A stretch of DNA of 64,000 nt from the human T2T-CHM13v2.0 reference genome, Homo sapiens. Where the stretch lies: the NCBI RefSeq assembly GCF_009914755.1, contig NC_060927.1; one strand, 5' to 3'. The notes beneath the pieces were generated by a model. It was not told where the DNA came from, made no database searches, and was given only the letters and a program-made list of their open reading frames with translations. Positions 23,761 to 37,082 of this stretch are shown piece by piece. Each line of letters opens with the position of its first letter. The stretch's first letter is position 1. Position numbers and translations under genes: made by a program.

Positions 23761-26700
23761 TTAAGGGGGCTAGAACAAGAAGGGTGAGATAATTTAATTA
23801 ATTATCTCCATTTTCTAATTGGGCAAAGAAGACCCTGTGTGGGCAAAGTTAAGCACTGGAGCACACAGGGTGGAGGGCTGGTTTAGGGGCCCAGCAGTGT
23901 TTCGATGAGGTCCTTCTGGCACTAATAACACTCCTCCAGCAAGTAAGGAAGCACTATTTTGTTTTCAGGGACTCTTCCTGTTACCACAGCTTCTCAGAGA
24001 TTTTCTTCCTTATTTTCTCTTTCCATAGCCTTTCTAGTTCTGTTTTGCTCCCCCTCCCTCACCACTGTTTTGTTTTTATTTGTTTTTCTCCTTTCCCTTT
24101 CCACCCCACCTTTTCCTGGTGTCACACTCACCACCACTATCCCCAGTGTCCCCCATTTCCCCCCTACACTTGAGCTTGCCACATGAAAGAAAATAAGACC
24201 AGGTGACCACGTAAGTCCAGGTTCAGACAGTAGTGCGCAGGGACATTTGCTCAGGGGCATCACCAGAGGTTGTGAACACCCATTTATGAAGCCAAAGGGA
24301 GGGGTCTTCATGCTATCTATCTGCCCGAGGCCTTGAATTGCTGCAAGTCAGGGTCCATCCAAAATCTTTCTGATCCTTTGCTGGTCACTAGGCCACAGAA
24401 AGAAAATAAAATTGATAGGTGTTAACCGGTAGGCATTTAAAAGAAGATAAAGGAAAAAGGAGGGTGGGGGTGGGGGAATGCAGCATAACCTAGTTGCAGT
24501 GTGCTTGATTTCTTTTAAGCAAATCATTTTCACTCTATAAAACTTTTGCACACCGTTGTGTTTTTTGTGCTTTTTTTTTTTAAGACACCAGTGCTTGAGG
24601 TTAATATGCTATTCTGATTGCTTCCATTTTCTTCCACTCAATATTTTCCCGAGTGCTAATAATCATGGGCAAATGTCTTAAATGACTTTTTTCCCTGCTT
24701 GGATCTGCATTTTTGAGGGTTTTCTAGAACTCCTGATCTTCTTGATATTCTGATGCTTCCTACTGGCACATAGTAGGTGTTCAGTAAATATGTGTGGAAT
24801 GAGTGGATGAGCCAATAGCATGCAGATCTTTCAAGGCTCTTCTTAACCTGCATTCAGCAATTATCCAGGGTGTTCCAATTCTCTTTCACCTGGAATATTT
24901 AATGAGGAGCCAAATGTTGGATTCACTTGTGTTCTGTAGAGAGCTGCCTGGATTTTCCACTTGACTGCTATGGACTGGCCAGCCATGGGAGAGACCCTGG
25001 GCAGCTGGGTCTCACTTCTAACTGACCTTGCCTACCCAGCCCCAACCCCAAAGATGCTGGGACTGTATCCTAGTGGGTTACCTTGGCAACCTCACAATGT
25101 CATCTGTTAGAATGTCCTAGGGCGGCAGCTTTTAATTCTATCACAGCGGTCTCATCGGGGGTCATGTAATAGTGCTGTTTTTTCTCTGCTCACACTTCCT
25201 CCCCCTGTGATTTAACACTAAGTACTCGGGGAGGAGCTGAACACGGGAAAAACCAAGCTATTACTGCATGACAGGTCACAGATGGCCCCAGAACTGGGGT
25301 CCCGAGTGTTCACAGTCAATAAGACGCAGGTCCCAAGCTAATGGGGAAGCTGGATCTCCTCACACCCCCTGTGGAAAGAAGAGGAGTTAAGCCAGCCTAG
25401 GCAAGTGTAAGAAGCTGCTGTGGCCAGACTGCACGATTCTTGTAAAAGCTCAGTTAAAGGAACCCCCCGCTGGAATAATTCTTTCTTGGCCTCAGCAGCA
25501 CCACCCCACTCTGGAGATGATTAAGGCCATGGGTACCAGCAGCCGGAGCAATTTCGCTGCATCCTAACTATGCTGAGGCTTGGAGGGAAGGAGAATCCCA
25601 GCTAACCTATTCTGCTCACCTTCTTCCCACCAGACCCCATCCCCACAATTTCACTTCACTTAGGTCCACCCTGCTCCTAACTTAGCCCAAAATAATTCAA
25701 TTCCCCCTCTCTGCAGAGAGTAATCACAGTTCATAGCAGAAATGGATCAAACAAAAGCTTTGGAACCTGAAGAGCTATTGTCCTAATTGTTTATTTACAG
25801 GACCACGAAACCCAGACCTTACACTCGCCAGCTGAACAGCAGAGTTTCAGGGCTGGTGGGAGACAGAACTAGACTTATCTATGCCCTGGAGGTGCAATAA
25901 TTATTCATCTTTATCATCACAGTTAATATTTTAATGGGTTTGCAGCCACAGTGAGCTCACAGTTTGGCCAGCTGCTCTGTACTAAACAGTTATAGGAAGC
26001 TGGCCCTGCATCCGGTGACAATCGTGCCTGTAAGGAGCCACGGTGGCAGGGGCCTGAGCTCTGTGCCCCAAGCCAGTGGTTTTGGAGGAGGCCCCTGCCC
26101 TTTGTTCATGGTGACAGGCACAGCCTGCACAGGCACGCCCCTAGGAAGACCATGGCACCCTTGGCCACGTTAAAGCAGAGTACACTTGTGCCAAAACATG
26201 CTTTTGACTCCCCAGTACAGTGGAGATGTGAATTAGGGTGGGGGCAGGGAGCTGGTTAGGGCATTTTTTGCATATGCATTGATCAGCCAAGGCTAGGGAC
26301 TTTTGTCCAAAGTATAGTCAAAACAATACTTTGAAAATGCCACCCACAGACATCACCAATTTGAGGAAATGTTGGATGATAGCCAAATGTTCCATTCACT
26401 CCCATACAAAAAAAAGAAGAAGAAAAAAAAAAAAACCACCACCCACATTTATTGTTATTCTGCTCCTGAATCCACTCATTTTACCTCTGAATTCCCAGTC
26501 TGAGTCAAGCAGTTCAGGGGAGCAGGGGCCCTCCTGTGGCTGAGATGGAATTTGTTCTCTGGAGCAAAGAGCCACTGGAGACTGAATTTCAGGAATACTG
26601 CGTGCAACACATTGCTATTTGTAGCTTTGTTTCCCTCACTCAGCCTGAGGAATTGTCTGAATTTACCAAAAGCCATCCACATCCACACCCCTTCACTGGT

Positions 26701-26768
26701 TATTCCATTCATGGGACACATTTGTTGACTTGCATTTGAGAACTTTATTACCAGAGATAAGGGGGAAA

Positions 26769-26803
26769 TGTGTGTGTGTGTGTGTGTGTGTGGGTGTGTG
26801 TGT
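26769..26803. repeat. (TG)n microsatellite
   Basis: Directly visible. Confidence 0.95.
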
Positions 26804-27729
26804 ATAAGGAGCCTATACATTCTACAGATGTCAAAATAAGGAGATCATAAAAATAAATCATCATTAAATGAATGGCAGGATAACATTTTGATATATTAAT
26901 TAATCTGATTTCCCTTCCACCATCATTCCCCCGCCCCCACTGTATTTCTTGCTACACTGTACAACTTGTATTTCTTGTTCCTGTACAACTCTCTTCCCAT
27001 CAATTTGGACAGCCGGAAGTGTTGTCAAAAGGAGAGTTATCATAACTCCACCAGAAAAAAAGTCAAATTCTTGGCTTTTGAGTTTTGGAAGTCAATGTCC
27101 AGGCATAAAACGAAAATACATGGAAAAATAGGAAATCAGGCAGAACCAGTGTCCCGCAGCATATCTCCTTTCCTTTTGCTACCCACCCACCATCCTGTAC
27201 ACACATACCTTCAAAAAATCAATAAAAGCTTCACAACTGGAGAAAAGCAAGGAAGGAAAGGCACAGGGAATATGTTGATGGCAGCAACTGGTAGGACACA
27301 GTGACTGACCAGAGTCAGAATTCAGAAACCCACCACCTCCACTCAAGTGAAAATCATCCATCCATAGTATCTGAGAACCCTGTGGACAGCTGTTCAGCTC
27401 TTGGGATTTGTGCAGGAGGAGCATTATAGACCTTCAGTAGAGGAAGGAAACAGGCTGTTCATCCTTCCCATTGACGCTGGACAATGAACTCCCATCAACA
27501 GCAGCCAGAGCACAACCCGTGGATCATCCAGAGAGGCTAACTCCTATTCCATGAGTTCAACCCTCATTTAATAGCCTAGAGTGCTGGTAAGCTCTTGAGA
27601 TGGACAGCAGGGCCCTGGACCCTGAGAAGATCCAAGGGTATGAAAAGATGCTCCCACCTACTTCCCATCACACCTGTACGTAGAAGAACCCGAAGGGACC
27701 AGTTCAGTATCCCCCTTACAAGGTAGCAC

Positions 27730-28123
27730 TGTGGTGATCATCAATGCTGTTCCTCGAATATTCCTAGTCCTCCCCTTCTGGCCCCACAGTAATGGCTGTT
27801 CCTGGCTCCTATAGTTGGGAGGGGCTGTAATTAGCTTTGGCTAATGAATTGTGAGCAGAAGCAAAATGTATCACTTCCTTAACAATTAATCAACTGTTAG
27901 GACAAGACCATTCAGGGCTTTCTCTTCCTTCTAGCAAGGCCACTGGCAACCTTCCATATGATGGCTGCTCATCTGTCTAGATCCCTGAGTGATTGTGAGA
28001 AGCTGAGCCCCCATCTGACCTATACTCTTTACATAACATAAACAAGAAATGACTTGTTTTTAAGCCATTGAAATTACAAGTTGTCTGTTTCTGCAGCATA
28101 ACCCAGCCTATACTGACTGATAC
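27730..28123 (+). mobile_element. MaLR LTR (MLT1I-like)
   Basis: TGTGG start; ctttggctaatgaattgtgagcagaag; ends ttaagccattgaaatt...gcagcataacccagccta...ctgactgataca. Confidence 0.7.
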
Positions 28124-31100
28124 ACCTTACTAGAATCCATTGAATGTTCTTAAAGGCATTATGAGCATACCTAGGAGCTGGAAGGCCAAAGGAAAAGATC
28201 CAATTAGAGAAACATTTCCCACATTAACCTGGAATCATAATAATTCCCAAGGTTTCCAGTTAGAGAAGCCCATGATCAAAAAACTATAAAGAGCTGTTAT
28301 TTACTCATTCATTTAAGGAGTATTTATTTAGGATCTATTCTGTGCGCTCACTGTGTGCTAGGAATAGGGGATACAGCAGGGAATAAACAGACACTGTTCC
28401 CGACCTCAAAAAGCTTTCAGACTAGTAACACTTGGCAGTTATTTACTGCATGAAAATGAAACTATAGCCTAGGGGAATTGAGAGACTTGCCCGAGGTGAT
28501 ACCTTTAATAAATGGTAAACTGGGACTTCACTTGAACTTTATGAGTCTAAATTTTGTGCTTTCTTCACTCTTCTAAGCCACCTAAAAATAAGAGAATCAG
28601 TATAACTTTGAGTTTGCTCCAAGGAGTAGGTGGAATTTAACTCCAGGCTACCTTATGTCTCCTTCCTTAATGTTTGCTGATACCTGAAACCTCTTTAATA
28701 AGCCAAACTTTTCATTCCATAATTAGTACCTAAAACAGGGACTGACAAATAGCAGGCACTGTCTAAATGTTTGCTGAATGAATAAAACATGCATAAATAA
28801 ATAAATGAATAAGTGGGCTTACATAATTGTAACTGTTGATTGAAATATCAGATGCACTCTATCTCACTCATGCTAAACCAGAAGCCAGCAATCACTCAAG
28901 ATAGGTGTTATGCTTGATCTCGAGGAATATTTTTATTGAAATATTAATTGATGGTCTTTACAATCCCAACATTTCCTATTATTTTCTGTTATCTCTCTCC
29001 TTTTCTTCAATCTGAGAACTGGCTAAACTATATGGCATCCATATCTCAGGGCATGGTTGTTTCAGCAGAAAAGTCTTTAAGGTCTCAAATGCTTGGATGT
29101 TTGAGTTGCAAATGTCCAAGGGACTCAGAATTTAGAAGAAAAAATCTTAAAGTGCCAGAAAAATATTTCCCAACCTCTTGGAGAGCATAACATATCCCCA
29201 GACTGCAGGGAGGGAGAAAGGAGCGTGAAGGGAAGCAGGAGGGGGTGGACGCCGTAAACCCCTAAGGAAAGATGAGCCAATATCCTGCCCCTACCATTTA
29301 TTCAAAAGGAAGGGCAGCAAATGCCACTCTGGCATAGCAGAGTAAAGTATATTGAACCAACTGTCCTACAGATGAACTCGGGACAAAATCTAAAACCCAA
29401 CTCTGAAGGCAGTGGTGGACAACTACAAATAGGCAGGTACTAGGAGGGAGGCAACACTTGGAAACATCAAGGGGTGGATTTTGCATTTTTTTTTTTTACA
29501 GCTGCTTTCATCTAAGGGCAGACCTCAGAGAGTGCCCCATAGGGAAGTCAACACTTGGGCAGAAACCCACAGTCTTCCCAACAGAGGAATCAAGAGACAG
29601 AGGTCCTAGTGACCACAGCAACTGAACAGATGGGCCTGAGGGAGTCTCCGGTTCCCTGGCCCCTGACACACTGTGGAAGAGATAGAATCAATCCTGGGCA
29701 CAGGGTGGGCGGGGGTGGGGGGTGGGGTGGGGAGGCACAGAAGTGACAAAGGGCTGCAAACAGTCCCACAAAGATTTCTGTAGTCAGTGAAGGCGCTAAA
29801 GCAGCACAATGCTCTCATGTCCTGCGAGGAGCGAGGGAGTCAGCTGAGAGACAGAGCCTTGTGACAGACCCCAGGGATAGCGCAGCAGAGAGCAGTATCA
29901 GACAACAGGCAGCCTGAGGATGCAAAGATGTCCTGTGGATGCTGTCCTGAATGTTGATGACACAGACCAGGCACACTCAATCCTGCTCACGCCTTGGCAT
30001 GATGTGAGCCCTGCAGAACTCATGCATAACTCCAGGGGAGCTGAGACCCATTCTGAAATGGACTGGGAATAAGCCTCTACTGCCTCTTTCAGCCTCTGAA
30101 ATGTTACAGAAACATAAGGCATGTTTTCTTCCTAGGACATCTGAATCTCTACTGTGAGATAAATGTGTGTGTTTGAGATGAGGGACAAGATTAGACAATG
30201 AAGGTTGACACTTATGATTAGCAGACAAGCAGAAGGACCTCTTCCCACCCCCGCCATGCTGTATAGATGGAAACTACTTAGAGTTATTTCCCCCTTAACT
30301 GTTAGCACGTAGTTCAGGTTCTAAGGTGTGAGAACAGCTTCTCAAGATATCTGCTTCCCACCACTACTCCCCCATCCACCCCAACTACCCACCAAATATA
30401 ACTTTCTATAAAGGGACTTCCTTCTAAGAGGTGGTGTTAACTGAGATGTAACTGCAGTGCCTTATATGGTAGCCATTTATTCCTCTATTTCCCCAACCAC
30501 ATGAGGGTTCTGATTTAGTCACTTCCCCATTTCCCAGAATGAGAAATATCAATATGAAACAACATGATGAGTGAACAAATGAACAAAGAACTGAATGAAT
30601 GGATGAAGAAGTTAATACCATTCATACCAGGAGCTGATGCGTATATATTGAAATAACAATGTTTCTAGTAAAGCCTGCTCTTTCCCTCCTCCAGACTCAT
30701 TCTGTTCTCCCCACCCCTTTCTGAGTTGCATTTAGAGGGTTTAAATGTCAGTGGCTGCAAGCCCACTTTCCTCCCTCCCATTGTCAGTGGTCTTTCTCTC
30801 AGCTGAAATGGGAGTTTTGGAATAGAGCTCTCTGTCAATCACCACTGAGCCCTTTTCCCTCAGCCCTGGAGTTTCCAGGCTCAAGTACCAAGAGTCGGGC
30901 TGGCAGCCTTGGCAGTCAGGGGAAAGAGCACGAGAGACTTTTTAACAGGCCTAAAATCCCGGTTTTGGCAGGCAGCCTTGGCTGAGAAACAGCTGGATGG
31001 CAATAGGCCAGGCTCAAACATCTGCCTTCTTCTCCAGGAATTAGTATCAAGCATCTTTGCTAATGCTATTATTAAGGAATTATCAATATTTTACAAGTGT

Positions 31101-31469
31101 TATCACTCCTTGAAAAGATGGCTAATTAAATCATGCAGGACAAGACCTTCATGGTCAAGATATAATAAGGCAAGTCCTTCTTTTCATCTCTCCTTTTCTC
31201 TCAAGGTTATTACACTGACTCTTAAGGAGGGAACCCTGATTTTAAAAGCCACCTCTCCCCTGTATTCTCTCTAACCCCAGTTTGAGGCTCTAAGCAAAAG
31301 CCTATTAGTAAATATCAATTTAAACAATTAAGAGTGTGCCAGTCAGGGTTCTTATTGCATACCAGAGAGATGGGCTTCGGTCACCTTAACCTGTAAAGAA
31401 AATTATAAAAAGGCTTTTGGGAAGCTCACAGAATTGATGGGAAGGCTGAGAAAACAGATTTAAGCAGTG

Positions 31470-32375
31470 TGGACATTCTCCCATCAAAAGGTAGAGTCTA
31501 ATTCTCCTCTCCTTCATCTGGGCAGTTTGTGACACACTTGTAACCAGTAGAATGTAGCATAAGTAAAGCTGTGTGACTTCTGTGGCTAGTAGGTAACGTA
31601 CTTTTCACCTAGATGGCTAGAATTCACTGAGGAGATATTAAGCTACCATGTAAGTAGTCTAAATGCTTAGAACTCACCATGTTTTGAGGAAGCCCAAACT
31701 AGACCACACAGAGACCATGTGGAGAGGACTCAAGACTATATGAAGAGAGAGAGAAAACTGCCCAGCCAGCTCTTGGCTGATCCAGCCCCTCACTGACTTA
31801 AACTGCATGAAAGACCTAGCCCAGAGCCACCCAGCCAAGCCTTGCCCAAATCCTGACCCACAAAAATTATGAGAAATAACAAAATGATTGGTGTTGCTTC
31901 AAGCCAGTATGTTTTACGGTCACTGGTTATGCAGTGTGTTAGTCTCTTCTTGTATTGCTATAAAAGAAGTACCTGAGGCTGGGTACTTTATAAAGAGAAG
32001 AGGTTTATTTTGGCTCATGGTTCTGAAGGCTGTACAGGAAGCATGGCACTGGCATCTGCTTCTGGTGAGGGCCTCAGGAAGTTTTCAATCATGGCAGAAG
32101 GTGAAGGGGCAGCAGGGCTGTCACACAGTGAGAGTGGGAGTGAGACAGAGGAAGTGCCAGCCTCCTTTAAACAACCAGGTCTCATGTGACCTCACAGAGT
32201 GAGAACTCACTCATCATCATGAGGAGAGCACCAAGCCATTCATGAGAGATCAGCCCCTGTGACCCAAACACCTACTACTAGGCCCACCTGCAACACTGGA
32301 GGTCACATTTCAACATGAGATTTGGAGAAAACAAAACATCCAAGCCATATCATGCAGCAATAGGCAAGCAGAAAA
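31470..32375 (+). mobile_element. MaLR LTR (MLT1H-like) split by an MSTB insertion
   Basis: gtagagtctaattctcctctcc...cccagccaagcc...ctgacccacaaaa...ttatgcag | tgcagcaatag. Confidence 0.7.
31935..32352 (-). mobile_element. MSTB-type MaLR solo LTR with a 5-bp TSD
   Basis: TG...CA termini, cacatttcaacatgagatttgg, and TSD TGCAG at 31930-31934 and 32353-32357. Confidence 0.9.
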
Positions 32376-33489
32376 GAACAGTCAGAAACAAAGGAATGTA
32401 AGAACAGGATCAAAAACAGTTTCTTCACACAGAACCTTCTCATGAGCTTGATTCCCTCCACCCTGCCCAGACTTCACACTGCTCAGTCACTGGTTCTACA
32501 GAAATATAAGAAAAAACAGTGAATTTTCAGAGTGGCATACAGATTGTTTTCTTAAGTGTAAAGTTAGTAATCTAAAGCAAAAACCTCCAGAAATCTCCCC
32601 GCCCCTCTTTCCTGCCATTCCTATTTGTCCCCACTATAAAACAAAACTCAGTCAAAGATATCAGGTGCTGTTTTTTTGGGTAGGCACCTATTTTGTGACT
32701 ATATCTTTTTTTTTTTTAAAGGGGGCCATAGTTTTTTGATGCTCATTTTTCGTTTTAAAAATATTGGTTGAAATATGTAAGAAAATGACTCTAAGCCTTA
32801 TAAGACACAAACACACACACATACAAACATGCATTCACTTTATGGGATGTATATTAAGACTCATCAACCCTCAGATCGTTTGGAGAGAGAGAGTCCTGTG
32901 GCCCACAAAGGGACAATAACAAAAGTATTCCTGCTACTTGTTGAGAACCACTAGCTTACCTCAGCTTTGAGTTCCTATTTTTGGTTCTCATTACGACACT
33001 TAGAAGAAACCTTCATTAGCATTTTTACTTAAACAAAACCAAGGCACAATTAGCAGCTGCTTCAGGATTTTCAAACCCTGACATCTGGGAATTTCCCAGA
33101 AAGTGTTATGAATATTACAAGTAAAATCTGTTCAGGAGGGAAAAATACAGGCTCTGACTCATTTGCCTGACCACACAGCAAGTGGAGTGCCACATATTCC
33201 TGGCAGATAAGCGCTCCTGGGTATAGGTGGAATGACAATGATAACCCACAAGTGTCCATGTTGTCCCATTTCCTGATGGTGGAAAACTGGAAAGCCACAG
33301 CTTTTCCACATGTGTTCATCAACAGGACTATCAACAGCTGTTGCCAAGACTTGGCTTTCTGAGCTGCCAAATAGGACCAGGGAAAATCAGGTCAAACACA
33401 TATATTTCATAAAGGCTGAGGATTGGTGTCTCATGTCGTGTTCCAGATTTTTATCACTGAACAGTGAATCATGCCTAAATGTATTGACT

Positions 33490-34035
33490 TAATAACCATT
33501 TAAGAAGTTTCTGGGTTTCTGTGCATCAGGGATTCAGGAAGGGCTCAGCTGGGTGGTTTTGGCTCAAGGTCTCTCATGTGGCTATAGTCAGATGGCTGGA
33601 GCGGGACCCTGAAGCTGGAGCAGCTGGCTGGGCATCATCTTCTCTCTCTCTTCTCTCTTCTCTCTCCTCTGTCCTCTCTCCTCTCCTCTCTGCCCTCTTC
33701 CCTCTCTCCCATCCCCTCTCCCCTCTCTCTCTTTCTCTCCCCAGGTAGTCTCTACATGGACTAATTTGAGCACTCACTCACACAGAAGCCGAAGGCTCCA
33801 TAGCAGATATTTCTATGAACAAGGCAGAAGCTCCACTGCCTATTATGACGTAGCTTCGGAGTCACAGAGCATCACATTCATCATACTCTGTTGGTCAAAC
33901 AGTCACAAACCCACCCAGATTCTAGGAAAGGGAATATAGACACCTCTGCCCTAATAAGAGGACTCACCCTGTAAGAGGGGCATGTGGAATGGGAGGTATT
34001 ATGGCTGCCATCTTTAGAAATTACAATTTGCCACA
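33490..34035 (-). mobile_element. MaLR LTR (MLT1H-like) with an internal CT-rich tract
   Basis: tcagggattcaggaagggctcagctggg...tggctgccatctttagaaattacaatttgccaca. Confidence 0.7.
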
Positions 34036-34412
34036 GGTTGTGTTCCCTAGAAGCAGAGGTTGAAATAGGGGTTCTTTTGTGAGTTAAGGAAGAGGGAGAA
34101 GCTAAGCGAGGATGTAGCTTCAGGTGAAGTCCAGCTTCAACCTGATCTTGTAGGCAGCACTGGATCTCACATTGTCTGCAGCATTTGTCCTTCCTTGAGG
34201 CAAAAAAGTGGGGCTTTTGTACACACATATCAGTCAACCCTTAGCTTAGGGAAGCCCCAGGGGAAGGGTTGTAACTCCTAGGTATCTCGTAGACAGGCAA
34301 CTCCTCTTGCTTAAAGGCATTTCCCAGACAAGGCTTGCTCTGTGAGCCTTTAATAGCAGTTAATAAAAAGATTGCCAGAGATCTGATTGGGACTGCAACA
34401 GCCTCAGCTACA
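34036..34412 (-). mobile_element. ERVL LTR (LTR33-like)
   Basis: ggttgtgttccctagaagcagag start and acagcctcagctaca end; family assignment uncertain. Confidence 0.4.
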
Positions 34413-36029
34413 TTAAGATATGGGGGCACATTCAAGGCCTGTTTTATAGAGACTAGCAGGTAAGGACCTGAGTTTCAAGGTGAGTCCAGGGAATTAGTCC
34501 TTAGGATGGGAGATGGTGAAGGATTGAGCAGAAGGTGTGTGCATCTAAGGTATCTAATCCAAACAGGATCTGGGGACCCAGTCAGAAGACACTTGGGGTT
34601 TAGGGCAGGAAGTCTACTGATTGCCACGAGCAAAAAAGGAAATACATTGGTTCATGAAATGAGAAAGTCAATGGACAGTGCTGACCCAGATTGGATCCAG
34701 GGCTCAAAGAGCATCTCCAAGGTCTAGCACTTTCTCTTTCTCTCTCTAACCGCTCTTCTTCTATCAGTTCTTTTTGTGGACTTTATTCTTAGGAGGTATG
34801 TCCCTTTTTGGTGGAAAGATGACTGCCAATAATGCCAGGCTTATATTCTCTCCTTCGCATACCCATGAGAAAAGGGCTTTCCTTTCCTAATCAAGCTTAC
34901 AAAAGTTCCGTCATTGAGTGTCATAGGCCTGATTAGCCTGACCTGATCGAATGGCCATCTCTGAACCAATCACTGTGGCTAAGGTGATGTGATGCTCTGA
35001 TGGGCCAGGCCTGGTTCACATGCCCACCGTTGGAGCTAAGGAGGGAGTTAATTTCACTGGAAACCCAAGGATTAAGGTGGACACCAACTGTAGCTGGCCT
35101 TTCTGTTTTGTCAATCAGCTCACTCCAAAAGTGGAAAGGAGAAGCAATGTCACAGGAAAATCGGAAAGTGATTACCAGAAGTGGGATAAGACCAGACAGG
35201 AAAAATACCCCAAACAAAGGAAAGTAAAGACCATGTAAGGAATTCAGTCACTGGTGAACTAGAACAGCAGGTTAAAATGATCATGGTAGGCACAGTGACT
35301 CCATTCAGAGCTCAACATCCCTGAACCTACGTTGCATCAGATTCCTCTACCCAGGGACAATCTTGATTCCAGAATTGAGAGCAAGAGTCATGCAGTTGAA
35401 GACTCAATCACCCAGGAGAGGCAGGTGGCTCCGGCTTTGGGGCTGGAGGATTTGAAAGCAGGCTAAAAAGTCATCACAATTTTGTTCTCCACTAGGCCAG
35501 AGGGCTTTAGTGACCACAGAAGTTTTAAAAACTCTACGTATAGATTTTGTTTGATATAATCTTAAATAAAGATTAGAGGTTTGAAAAATAAAATCTATGA
35601 AAAGAGTCAAAGAAATTGGTGCTAATTAACCAGGAAAAACAAACTGAAACACATGCATAGACACACACACAACAGAGATGGAAAAGTATTTTAATTAAGT
35701 CATCTTCCCTATTAAAAAAAAAAAGATGGTAACTAGCCATTCCTGAGCTCTACTGAGGAAGAAATAAAAAGCAAATGGGCTTAATTGAAACATTGCGGAA
35801 TTAAACATGAGAAGGAATTCTTTGTTCAACATTGGCCTAAATTTTAAGCTCTATTTAATTGTAAGCTTCCTCTGGGTAAAAGAATTGTGTCTTCTTCATC
35901 TTCCCCAAAGTTTGAAATGATGGATAACTGAAAACTCTGATAATAACACACAGAGAGACAGAGAACTGTATCAGCTTCTATAACTTTTGAGATTTTATTT
36001 CTGAGTACAAATGAATCTGATTTATCCAT

Positions 36030-37082
36030 TGTATCATTTAGGAATATTTTGGCTGCCAGTACAAGATAGCCTGATCTTAATGGTTTAAACAAATAGAGAA
36101 GTTTTTTTTACATAACAAAAGTCTGAAGACAACAGCTGTTGGCCCTGGTTTGCATCTCATGATGCTATGGGCCTTTCCCTCATGGTTGCAAGATGGCTGC
36201 AAGATGGCTGCTGCAACACCAAGTATCACAATGATCTTCCATTGCAGAGAAGAAGGAGGAGGGAAGAGACAACATGCATATCATGGAAGGATATGCTTGC
36301 CCAAAAACCACAGAGTAAACAAGCACTTACGTTTCATTTGTCAGAATTATGTAGCTTCGTCACTTCCAGCTGAAAGATAGCTGTGTGAAAAGGGTTGTGT
36401 TATTTTTTGCAAATACACACCTGTGAACAAGGTGTGGACATGTAAATATTTGCCCTAGTCAGTGGTCTCATTTCTGGAATTTAGGCAGACTACTTGTTTC
36501 TCTCAATCTCTGCTTTCCTAGTTAATTTTTACCATTTACAATTGGCTCTATATTTGGTTTGGGGAGTGTTTTTCCCAAGCTTAATCATGAGATTCTGGGA
36601 CATTATTGATACTAACAGATAGATATCCTGGCCATAGGTGTGGGCACATGATCTAGACCCAGCTACTCCTAATAATCCAATCACATGGTCCTAGTGCTTA
36701 GTCTACAGATACTCAGGTGGCCCCACCAGAAACAATCAGGTTTCTTCCCCAGAATTTTTTATTTAGAGATAGAGAAAAAGAGGTAGTATTATTTTTGGTG
36801 ATACAGCTGGAAATGGGCTATTGGCAAACATCTTCCCCACTATGTGGAGAAAGCGTATCTTTAGAAGGAGAAAATGTGGCCACAACAACACAGAGATGTG
36901 TAGAGTTTAGAGAGCCCGTGACAGCAAGAGGGAGAGAATGAACTACCGTCTTGACAATCTCACTTAAGCTTCTGAATGCAATTGTGAACGGACTTCCACT
37001 TACGTGAGCCATACATTTCCCCTTCTTTCTCAAACTGGTATCATTGGATTTCTATCTACTGCACATAAGAGTCTTGGTTAAT
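36030..37082. mobile_element. Old MLT1 (J/K/L-like) fragments in both orientations
   Basis: Minus: tggtttaaacaaatagag...cctcatggttgcaagatggctg. Plus: gtgagccatacatttccc...aagagtcttgg. Confidence 0.45.
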
